Positions 1 to 9,616 of a DNA stretch of 64,000 nucleotides are shown here, one piece after another. The stretch's first letter is position 1; every line of letters starts with the position of its first letter. The notes beneath the pieces were generated by a model, which saw only the letters and a program-made list of their open reading frames with translations, did no database searches and had not been told where the DNA came from. Origin of the DNA: Pseudomonadales bacterium (GTDB lineage: Bacteria; Pseudomonadota; Gammaproteobacteria; Pseudomonadales; UBA7434); the NCBI GenBank assembly GCA_028223755.1, contig JAOIUY010000006.1:24564-88563 (forward strand). Direction: 5' to 3'. A program made the translations under genes and the position numbers.

Positions 1-1
1 G

Positions 2-706
2 CGCGCCGAGCTGCCCACCATTGCATTAGTGGGCTACACCAATGCGGGTAAATCGACGCTCTTTAATCGGATATCACAAGCCACGGTTTATGCGGCTGAC
101 CAGTTGTTTGCGACGCTGGATCCGACCCTTCGCTCGGTAGATTTGCCGCGCTTAGGCAAAATTATTCTGGCCGACACCGTAGGTTTTGTCCGCCATTTAC
201 CGCATCAGCTGGTTGCTGCCTTTAAGGCAACGCTAGAGGAAGCGTCGGAAGCCGATTTACTGCTGCATGTGATTGATGCCTCGGCTGAAGAGGTTGAAGA
301 AAATATCCGCGCTGTGGATGAGGTATTGGTTGAGATCGGCGCGGGTGAGATTCCAGTGTTGCATGTCATGAATAAGATTGACTGCCTGCCTGCCGTGCAG
401 CCACATACCGATAAAGCGGGGGCGGGTGATGAGGATTTGCCTTATCGAGTCTGGTTATCCGCCCATGATGGCGAGGGTATTGATGGCCTAGTGGCGTCAT
501 TGGCCGAGTTATTGGGCGGCACATTTTGGCGTGGTACCTTATGTTTAGCGCCTTCTGAGTCAAAGTTGCGCTCGCGGCTCTATTCGGTGGGGGCAGTAAC
601 CACCGAATCGATGTCTGAGCAGGGTGAATATCAGCTCGATTTATGTTTTCCGCGCGATGATTTGGCGCGCTTAATGGCATCGGCAAATGTGCCACTGCCG
701 GATTGA
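2..706 (+). CDS. hflX: GTPase HflX, C-terminal part (5' end outside window)
   Basis: The frame is open from the window edge. G-domain motifs are GYTNAGKST (G1), DTVGF (G3) and NKID (G4). It is followed by hflK-hflC, as in the conserved hfq-hflXKC block. Confidence 0.9.
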   Translation, partial: RAELPTIALVGYTNAGKSTLFNRISQATVYAADQLFATLDPTLRSVDLPRLGKIILADTVGFVRHLPHQLVAAFKATLEEASEADLLLHVIDASAEEVEENIRAVDEVLVEIGAGEIPVLHVMNKIDCLPAVQPHTDKAGAGDEDLPYRVWLSAHDGEGIDGLVASLAELLGGTFWRGTLCLAPSESKLRSRLYSVGAVTTESMSEQGEYQLDLCFPRDDLARLMASANVPLPD

Positions 707-958
707 TTTAAAAACGGTGATTAAAGACGGTACTAATTCCGTTAGAAGCGTTCATCGTTACAGCTACTCAACGAAGACAGCTATTTTTTTTGCTACAATC
801 ACTCGGCTTTATATTGGTGATGGCAGCGGTAAGTTTGCTGATGCTATTATACTTATAAGGGCCGAATTCTCAGGGGGCTGCAGGTCGTGTATTATCGATT
901 AAATTACACACACTGCAGTCTCTATTAATGGACAACTATCTAACCTTAGGAGTCAGCA

Positions 959-2110
959 ATGGCTTGGAATGAACCGGATAAAAACGGCGGCAACAAAGAC
1001 AGGGATCCTTGGAGCCAACAAGATCAAGGCCCACCAGATCTTGATGAAGCACTTAATAAGTTAAAAGCGCAGATCTTCGGTATTTTCGGAGGCTCTGGCG
1101 GTGGTCGTCCATCAGGTTCAGGAGGCGATATGCCGAAAGGGTTAATCAGTTTAGTGATTGTTGTTTTAGCGGCGGTTTGGGGTTTTGCTGGTTTTTATCA
1201 GGTCGATGAGAAAGAGCGAGCCGTTATTTTAAGACTGGGTGAGTTTCATGACACCGTTGGCCCAGGCTTGCATTGGAATCCGCTGTTTATCGATCAGCGT
1301 TACACTGTATTAGTGACGCAAGAGCAAGACTACCATGCACGCGGATTGATGCTCACAAAAGACGAGAATATTGTAGAGGTGCCAATTTCGGTGCAATACA
1401 CAATTCCCGAGCCGAAAAAGTTTGTTCTTAATGTTCGCGACCCGATCACGAGTTTGCATCATGCAACTGACAGTGCCATTCGCCACGTAGTGGGCAGCAC
1501 TAAATCAAGTGATGTACTTTCTGAAGGTCGTCAGGCGATGGCGCAAGAAACAAAAGAGCGTCTGCAAAAATATCTTGATAGTTATGAAACGGGTATTGCT
1601 ATTACCTTGGTCAACATCTTAAAAGCTGAACCACCTAAAGCTGTTAAGTCGGCATTTGATGATGTGATTTCGGCAAAAGAAGATAAAGACCGTTTTGTTA
1701 ACGAAGCTAAAACGTATGCTAACGGTATTGTGCCGGAAGCGCGCGGTAAAGCGCAGCGTATTATACAAGAAGCTATTGGTTATCGTGAGCGTCTCGTCGC
1801 TGAAGCCGATGGTGAAGCAGAACGTTTTGAAAAACTCTATGCTGAGTATCGTAAAGCGCCAGAGGTTACTCGCGAGCGTTTGTACTTAAACTCAGTTGAA
1901 AAAGTCATGAGCAATGTATCTAAAGTGCTTATTGATGTGGAAGGCGGCAACAATATGTTGTATCTGCCATTGGATAAAATTGTTTCGCAAACGTCGGCTA
2001 GTGCGACAAATAATTCCCGACAAACCGATATGGTAGGTCAGGTTGCGAATGAAGTGATCGAGCGTTTACGTCAAGAACAAATTCGCTCTAGACGATCGGA
2101 GACACGCTAA
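959..2110 (+). CDS. hflK: Protease modulator HflK (SPFH/band-7 family)
   Basis: The N-terminus MAWNEPDKNGG..DPW is typical of HflK. It has one TM segment and an SPFH core. AGGAG lies upstream of the ATG, and a TAATG junction joins it to hflC. Confidence 0.92.
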   Translation: MAWNEPDKNGGNKDRDPWSQQDQGPPDLDEALNKLKAQIFGIFGGSGGGRPSGSGGDMPKGLISLVIVVLAAVWGFAGFYQVDEKERAVILRLGEFHDTVGPGLHWNPLFIDQRYTVLVTQEQDYHARGLMLTKDENIVEVPISVQYTIPEPKKFVLNVRDPITSLHHATDSAIRHVVGSTKSSDVLSEGRQAMAQETKERLQKYLDSYETGIAITLVNILKAEPPKAVKSAFDDVISAKEDKDRFVNEAKTYANGIVPEARGKAQRIIQEAIGYRERLVAEADGEAERFEKLYAEYRKAPEVTRERLYLNSVEKVMSNVSKVLIDVEGGNNMLYLPLDKIVSQTSASATNNSRQTDMVGQVANEVIERLRQEQIRSRRSETR

Positions 2111-2982
2111 TGTCAAATAGATTACCTGTATTTATCTTAATTGTTGCGTTGCTAATGTTAGCGGCCTCAAGTGTTTTTTATCGTGTTATGGAAGTTGAAA
2201 CCGCGGTTAAATTGCGCTTTGGTCAGTTAGTTGAGTCTGATATTCAGCCCGGCTTACATGTCAAAATTCCTTTTGCTGACGAAATCCGCAAAGTTGATGC
2301 ACGCCTATTAACATTGGATGCGCGACCTGAAAGTTTTTATACGTTAGAGAAAAAACGTTTAGAAGTTGATTCGTTTATTAAATGGCGTGTTGTTGATGTC
2401 AGTAAATATTATCGTGCCACTAACGGCGACGAAGAGCGTGCCAAAGTATTATTGGCTAACCGTGTTAACAATAACTTGCGTGATGAGATTGGTGTAAGAA
2501 CATTGCACGAAGTTGTTGCTGGTGAGCGTGATCAAATGATGGCGAACCTGACTAAAGGTTTGCATGAAGCGACGATCGTCGATTTTGGTATTGAAATTAT
2601 TGACGTGCGCGTTAAGCGAATTGATTTTCCACAAGAGGTAAGCTCAGCGGTATTTAATCGTATGCGAGCTGACCGTGAAAAAGAAGCACGGCAGTATCGC
2701 TCTGAAGGTTTAGAGCTGGCCGAAAAAATACGCGCTGATGCAGACAGAGAAAAAGTCGTTATCGAAGCCGATGCTTATCGTCAAGCTGAGCAAACGCGCG
2801 GTGACGGTGATGCAAAAGCGGCAGGGATTTATGCTGATGCTTATAATAAAGATCGAGAGTTCTACGCTTTTTCACGACGTTTAAAAGCGTATGAAGAGTC
2901 GTTCTCTAACAAAGGTGATGTACTGTTAGTTGATCCAGATAGCGATTACTTCCGCTACCTGAATAGCGTTAACGGTAAATAA
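2110..2982 (+). CDS. hflC: Protease modulator HflC (SPFH/band-7 family)
   Basis: It has an N-terminal TM segment and an SPFH domain, is translationally coupled to hflK, and is followed by a strong terminator. Confidence 0.92.
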   Translation: MSNRLPVFILIVALLMLAASSVFYRVMEVETAVKLRFGQLVESDIQPGLHVKIPFADEIRKVDARLLTLDARPESFYTLEKKRLEVDSFIKWRVVDVSKYYRATNGDEERAKVLLANRVNNNLRDEIGVRTLHEVVAGERDQMMANLTKGLHEATIVDFGIEIIDVRVKRIDFPQEVSSAVFNRMRADREKEARQYRSEGLELAEKIRADADREKVVIEADAYRQAEQTRGDGDAKAAGIYADAYNKDREFYAFSRRLKAYEESFSNKGDVLLVDPDSDYFRYLNSVNGK

Positions 2983-3005
2983 AACGGCTTAATGCCTCAC
3001 CGGTG

Positions 3006-3041
3006 AGCCGGGATGGCAGAAGCTGCCTACCCGGCTTTTTT
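3006..3041 (+). terminator. Rho-independent terminator after hflC
   Basis: Stem AGCCGGG..GGCAG / CTGCC..CCCGGCT (12 bp with a 2-nt internal mismatch), a 3-nt loop, then T6. Confidence 0.7.
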
Positions 3042-3091
3042 GTGTTCAGAGCGAAACGCGTGCTGAATCCATAAAAGTAGAGTTAACTAAC

Positions 3092-3277
3092 ATGTGGCAA
3101 GAATTGATTGAAGCGGCTTGTTTAGTGTTGGTCCTTGAGGGGATGCTACCGTTTATTGCGCCGCAGAAGTGGCGAGCGATGTTAGCAAACATACTCACGC
3201 TAAGTGATAGCACGATTCGTCGTATCGGTTTAGCGAGCATGATAACGGGTGTTATTCTGCTCTATATTTTAAATTAG
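3092..3277 (+). CDS. Small two-TM membrane protein, DUF2065-like
   Basis: 61 aa with the motif EGMLPFIAPQKWR and a hydrophobic C-terminus. The position between hflC and hisZ/purA is typical for this family (recalled, not searched). Confidence 0.6.
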   Translation: MWQELIEAACLVLVLEGMLPFIAPQKWRAMLANILTLSDSTIRRIGLASMITGVILLYILN

Positions 3278-3304
3278 CGGTTATAAAAATGGTTATCAAA
3301 GCAG

Positions 3305-4570
3305 GTGTCTCACATGACTAGTGTCGATCGCTGGATGCTTCCTGAAGGTGTAAATGAATTGCTTCCCGAGCGGGCAGCGGTTGCTGAACAAATACGCCGT
3401 AATATTCTGGATCTATTTAACAGCTGGGGTTACCAGTTGGTTGTGCCGCCGTTAATTGAGTTTACCGACTCACTGTTAATTGGTATGGGTAAAGATATTG
3501 AAACCCAAAGCTTTCGCCTAACAGATCAAATAAGTGGCAAAAGTATGGCGGTGCGTGCGGATATAACACCGCAGACGGCTAGAATCGATGCACACAGTTT
3601 AAAGATCGAAGGTGTTCGTCGCCTTTGTTATGCGGGCAGCGTATTACATACGCGACCTAAGACATTAATGGCATCGCGATGCCCGATGCAGGTTGGCGCA
3701 GAATTATATGGTGCGCCATCGATCTCGGCAGATATCGAAGTAATATCGCTATTGCTTGAAACCTTGCAAGTGATTGATGGTGCGTTTGCCTCGGCCAATG
3801 GCAGTGCGGGCAAAGGACTTTGTAAGCTAACGTTGGATTTAGGTCACGTATCTATTTACAACGCAGTGCGCGAAGCAATACAGCAAGCGGTGCCGACATT
3901 AGATCAAGATGATTTGGCGTTAATTTTTGATGCGATACAGCGTAAATCGCTGCCGGATTTAAAATGCTTATTGCCGAATTTATTGGCTGGACATGCAATA
4001 ACAGAAACACTGTACCAGTTACCGAATTTATGTGGCGGTGCTGAAGTGTTAGGTCAAGCTAAAGAATTACTGGGCTCTCTAGGCCAAGGTGTTGTTGATG
4101 CGATTGATCAACTTACCCAAGTGGCTGAGGTTGTCGCGCAGCGTTTTACCGAGGTTGAAATTTATTTTGATCTGGCAGAAATTCGTGGCTATGAATACCA
4201 CACAGGTTTAGTTTTTGCGGCCTATGCCGACGGTCATGGTTTAGCGTTAGCTAATGGTGGTCGCTATGACAATATCGGCAAAGTGTTTGGTTCAGAGCGA
4301 TCGGCGACAGGTTTTAACACTGATATAAAAGCGTTAATCGACTTTTTAGGAAGTCGTGCAATTGTAGCGGGCCAGCAAGCCAGTGCGGCGCGTGAAATTA
4401 TTGCGGCGCCGAGTGATTGTAGTGGTGCGCAAGCATCATTGTGGCAAGCTGTCAGTCAGCTTAGAAGCGCTGGCCAAGTCGTTATTTTTAATGGCGAAGA
4501 AGGTACAGAGAAACCCACTAGCCTGTTAGTGCAAAAATCAGGTGATTGGGTTGTAGAAAAAATTAAGTGA
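3305..4570 (+). CDS. hisZ: ATP phosphoribosyltransferase regulatory subunit HisZ (HisRS paralogue)
   Basis: N-terminus WMLPEGVNELLP..; class-II aaRS-like core (RLCYAGSVLH, GGRYD); located between hflC and purA. Confidence 0.85.
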   Translation: MSHMTSVDRWMLPEGVNELLPERAAVAEQIRRNILDLFNSWGYQLVVPPLIEFTDSLLIGMGKDIETQSFRLTDQISGKSMAVRADITPQTARIDAHSLKIEGVRRLCYAGSVLHTRPKTLMASRCPMQVGAELYGAPSISADIEVISLLLETLQVIDGAFASANGSAGKGLCKLTLDLGHVSIYNAVREAIQQAVPTLDQDDLALIFDAIQRKSLPDLKCLLPNLLAGHAITETLYQLPNLCGGAEVLGQAKELLGSLGQGVVDAIDQLTQVAEVVAQRFTEVEIYFDLAEIRGYEYHTGLVFAAYADGHGLALANGGRYDNIGKVFGSERSATGFNTDIKALIDFLGSRAIVAGQQASAAREIIAAPSDCSGAQASLWQAVSQLRSAGQVVIFNGEEGTEKPTSLLVQKSGDWVVEKIK

Positions 4571-4620
4571 TTGCTTATGGCCAAATGGCTTAGCAGTTTG
4601 ATAATAAATTTTTATGATAA

Positions 4621-5946
<1,326 letters not shown>

Positions 5947-5991
5947 GGTGTTTTTACTATAAGCTGATTTGAGTGTCATTCAAAATAATTA

Positions 5992-6028
5992 ACGGGCCAG
6001 TTATTTTTATAAATTGGCCCGTTTTTTT
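5992..6028. terminator. Hairpin terminator between convergent purA and the GH16-like gene
   Basis: ACGGGCCAGTT / AATTGGCCCGT stem of 11 bp including one G-U pair, followed by T7. Confidence 0.65.
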
Positions 6029-6078
6029 ATGGGTGGCGAAGTAATCAATTTAATTCCGTTGTTATCCGTTATAGTTCA

Positions 6079-7500
6079 TTAATGCACTTTTTTTCTACGA
6101 GATAGATTAACAATAAAAATCATTGAGGCAAGTGCGAGCAAGTAAAGCGGATGATTAAACGGTACGTTAAAGATAGTTTCAGGCGGTAGCGTTCCATCGG
6201 CAACAAAAACAAAGTCGCTCAGTATAATCTCATATTCTTGGCCATCACTTGGCGGCCCATAGAGTTGCCATAAATTCAAATGCATTCTGGCAACTTCTTC
6301 ACGCGGGATGTGTGGGCCGGTATAAGTCCACTGGTGGATCATGTTCGCTTCGGATTCACTCAATGCATCGCCACGCCAAGCTCTAAATATAATGCGATCA
6401 CTCAACCATTCATAAGCAAAAGTAGTGAGTTGCTCAGGGTCGCCGGTATAGGGGAGATCAAATTTTTCGGCGATATAATCCTGCCAAGGCTGAACAATAA
6501 AATGAGCGGGATCTCTACTTGGGTCACCCCAGCGTGAAATTTCCATATCCATTTCATTATGTAAGTTCCACGGGTTTCTATCATTATAGCAAAATGGGTA
6601 CTGCCAGTGAAAAAAACCAAAGACGACATTGGGTGCCCAGTCATCGAGACGGCCGACGACAGTTAAACGATAGTCACCATACCCCATGATCTCTTCTGTA
6701 GCGATTTCGCTGCTTGACCAAAATTGTCCTCTATTTTTAATGGTCATGTGCAGCCGATCATTTTCGTCAACCCAGACTTGGTCGCTAGTATCAAAAAAAT
6801 GATTAGGGCCGGGGCCATAATAACCGCTGCCTTTAACGCGCCAACTATAGTCACCTAAGTTCACCGTTCTACCGCTGGGAAAATCACCCCACTGCATATC
6901 GGCTAATTGTGCACCTGTCGTTTCTACAAAAGAAACTGAATCAATAATAACTGCGCCAGTCTCGTTACTTGGGGTTTGCAATATGCCAATAAGAATATGA
7001 GTTGATGCGGTATTCGCGGGCGCAGAATCAGACGTAACGGAAACTGCATGAAGAGTATCGGTTGCCGTACTGGCGGTTGCTATATCAGTCGTTGTAAAGC
7101 TAATAAGGTTGTCTTCACTGTCACGCCATTCAATGTTAACAATGGCTTTCATACTGCCAGTGATTGGATTACTGCTGGTGTGCCCTACGTTAAGATCCGC
7201 TTGCCAAATATCGCCTTCACTCGCAGTTTGTTTTTGCCATACTGCCGATAAACTCCAAGTCCCTGAGTTGGTGCCACTGAGTTGTGCGGCGCGATTACCA
7301 TGATTGGCTAATACGTTAGTTGCCTTTATAACGCCAAATTGATTCCAGCCTTCGAGCGTATTACCACTGCCTACCTCAAAACTGGGGTTAGCGATTTGTA
7401 ATAGGTTGCATTGAGCCTGAGTTTGCAGAGTATTGGTTGATAATATAAGAAGAAGCGTTGACAGTAGCGTTTTACATTTATCGTGATAATCTAAGATCAT
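6079..7500 (-). CDS. Secreted carbohydrate-active protein: signal peptide, CBM-like jelly-roll, GH16-like domain, C-terminal sorting signal
   Basis: Signal peptide ..LILSTNTLQTQAQ. The start NPSFE..GW resembles CBM4/9/22-type modules. NEMDMEISRWG fits the GH16 ExDxE catalytic signature. The C-terminus is VPFNHP, then a hydrophobic helix, then RRKK. Confidence 0.6.
   Translation of the reverse strand: MILDYHDKCKTLLSTLLLILSTNTLQTQAQCNLLQIANPSFEVGSGNTLEGWNQFGVIKATNVLANHGNRAAQLSGTNSGTWSLSAVWQKQTASEGDIWQADLNVGHTSSNPITGSMKAIVNIEWRDSEDNLISFTTTDIATASTATDTLHAVSVTSDSAPANTASTHILIGILQTPSNETGAVIIDSVSFVETTGAQLADMQWGDFPSGRTVNLGDYSWRVKGSGYYGPGPNHFFDTSDQVWVDENDRLHMTIKNRGQFWSSSEIATEEIMGYGDYRLTVVGRLDDWAPNVVFGFFHWQYPFCYNDRNPWNLHNEMDMEISRWGDPSRDPAHFIVQPWQDYIAEKFDLPYTGDPEQLTTFAYEWLSDRIIFRAWRGDALSESEANMIHQWTYTGPHIPREEVARMHLNLWQLYGPPSDGQEYEIILSDFVFVADGTLPPETIFNVPFNHPLYLLALASMIFIVNLSRRKKVH
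6082..6165 (-). other. C-terminal tripartite sorting signal (VPxxxP motif, TM helix, basic cluster)
   Basis: The last 28 aa are VPFNHPLYLLALASMIFIVNLSRRKKVH. The architecture is that of PEP-CTERM-class (exosortase-type) signals and resembles the VPXXXP-CTERM variant (recalled). Confidence 0.5.
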
Positions 7501-7893
7501 TTCACCAGTATCCTTTGTTGCTTCTAGTAATATCTAGTAGGGGAGGGTACTTCTGGACTGCCTATTAAAGATATTGTAGGTTTAAATTATATTAAGTTTT
7601 TAATTGTGCAAATGCCAGCGTCTTAAACTAAGGGAGAATTTTGTAATAGCTTTTTCGCGCGCAATTTTTTTGCTGCGTTTGATATTTTTATTTCTTCGAT
7701 TTTCAAGCTGTTTGTTTGAAAAATAACCTATTCGGACCTTTCTTATCAGTCCCAACTAAAAAATAGCTTGTAGTTAATGTATTAGGTATGAAACCATTTT
7801 AAATGTTATCTTGTCGAGAAATGATCATAATATCGCATTCTTTTATGGTGTTATTGATGGGAGTTGGGTTAAGCTGGTTCTAAAGGATTTGTA

Positions 7894-9426
7894 GTGATGA
7901 AAAGTATTATGGATAATAAGAAAGTTAAGAGTCTTAACTGCAAGCTGTGGTTTGTAAAATTCATGCTGGCAGTAATACTTCCCTCCTTTGCGTTTAACAC
8001 CTTATCTGCCGCTCCTTGGATTGATAGTGGCGATCAGCGTCTACGTCATCATATTCAACTTTTAGCTGATAAAAATATTCTCACTACCCCTGTCACTACT
8101 TGGCCCTTGGCGTGGAGTAGTATTATTCATGATTTGAAGAACGCGTCTTATGATAAGTTAGATGAGGAGGCGTTTTGGTCTGTTCATTATGTAAAGCATT
8201 CTTTTGCGCGACAAACCGAAAGTGACATTAGATTAAATGCTCAGCTGTCTGTAGGCGAAAATACTCAAGCGGTTAAATACTTTGGCGATGCGCGTCGCGA
8301 AGAATCAGAAGCGAAAGCCAGTATTGATTGGATGGGCGATAAGTTGGCTGTTCACCTCGCAGCCGGTTATGCCGAAGAGCCACTTGATGGTGACCAATGG
8401 CGCGCCGACGGTTCTTATGTGAGTTATGCATTGGGCAATTGGGCTTTAACGGCTGGTGCTGTTGACCGCTGGTGGGGGCCAGGCTGGCATTCAAGCCTTA
8501 CCTTATCCAGTAATGCTCGGCCCATACTTGGTTTGAGTTTACAGCGCAGAAATTCCGATGCATTTAAAAGTGCTTGGCTATCGTGGATAGGCCCTTGGCA
8601 GTTTACCAGTATTGCTGGTCAACTCGAATCGGACAGGCACTTACCCGATGCATATTTTTTAGGTGCGCGTATTAGTTTTAAGCCATTCAATAATTTAGAG
8701 CTTGCCTTAAGCCGCACTGCGCAATGGGGTGGTGAAGGTCGACCGCAGAGCTTGAGTTCATTAAAAGATTTAATTATAGGGAACGATAATCGCGGCGATA
8801 GCGGCATAGCCATAGATGGTAGCAATGAGCCGGGTAATCAGCAGGCCAGTATAGATGCACGTTATAATTTTTCTTTGGCACAAACAAGTAGCGCCTTATA
8901 TTTTCAGTTTACCGGCGAAGACGAGGCGGGCGGCTTACCGTCTCGTGGGCTAGTACAGTTAGGGCTAGAGAGTAGTTTCCTTTATCGCAATATACAGCAC
9001 CGTTTTGTACTTGAAGCCAGTGATACCTCATCCGAAAGTTACAGTACAAAGCGTCCTAACTACGCCTATGAGCATGGTATTTACCGCAGCGGTTACCGCT
9101 ATAAGCAGAGGCCTATAGGTGCAAGTATCGATAACGATAGCCGATTAATCTCATTATCCGCTGATCACTATTTAGCTAGCGGTCAGCAGTTTTCGTGGTC
9201 TTTAGCCGCAATCGATTTAAATACCGACACGACCAATGCCGGCTCGCCTGGTGGTAGTGTTTATGGCGAGGGGACGGAAGTAAGCATGGCAACTCTTAAA
9301 TATGCTTTACCGTTAAATGAGTATTGGCAGGCCTCCTTTGTTTACCACCAGACCTCAGAGTCATTTACCTTTAATAACAAGGTGTTAGATAGCGGTGCCT
9401 CTCTAATATTAGATTTTAGATACTAG
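7894..9426 (+). CDS. wzi: Capsule assembly outer-membrane protein Wzi
   Basis: Matches recalled Klebsiella/E. coli Wzi blocks: APWIDSGDQRLRHHIQLLADKNIL..TWPL, WWGPGW, WLSWIGPWQ, QWGGEGRPQS, EPGNQ. Confidence 0.88.
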   Translation: MMKSIMDNKKVKSLNCKLWFVKFMLAVILPSFAFNTLSAAPWIDSGDQRLRHHIQLLADKNILTTPVTTWPLAWSSIIHDLKNASYDKLDEEAFWSVHYVKHSFARQTESDIRLNAQLSVGENTQAVKYFGDARREESEAKASIDWMGDKLAVHLAAGYAEEPLDGDQWRADGSYVSYALGNWALTAGAVDRWWGPGWHSSLTLSSNARPILGLSLQRRNSDAFKSAWLSWIGPWQFTSIAGQLESDRHLPDAYFLGARISFKPFNNLELALSRTAQWGGEGRPQSLSSLKDLIIGNDNRGDSGIAIDGSNEPGNQQASIDARYNFSLAQTSSALYFQFTGEDEAGGLPSRGLVQLGLESSFLYRNIQHRFVLEASDTSSESYSTKRPNYAYEHGIYRSGYRYKQRPIGASIDNDSRLISLSADHYLASGQQFSWSLAAIDLNTDTTNAGSPGGSVYGEGTEVSMATLKYALPLNEYWQASFVYHQTSESFTFNNKVLDSGASLILDFRY

Positions 9427-9616
9427 TTCGGCTGAAAAGCTTGATAGCTGTGGTTTTACTTGTGTCTATGCAAATAGATGAAGATAATAGTTTTATGGCA
9501 GGCGCTAACCTGCTGTAAAAGAAGAGAATGATAAAAATTAACGTCAAGCGTTAGCCCGGTTAATGGTTTAGCGAAAGGCAAAAGACAAACCAAAAAAACA
9601 ATAATGGTTTTTAAAT

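Noticed and set aside
878-918. Imperfect stem-loop (CTGCAG..GTGT / ACAC..CTGCAG) and a 71-aa ORF (687-902) in the 250-nt hflX-hflK spacer.
   Set aside because: The stem has a 3-nt internal mismatch and no U-tract. The ORF has no Shine-Dalgarno sequence and a nonsense-like composition. Evidence is insufficient for an sRNA, a terminator or a gene.
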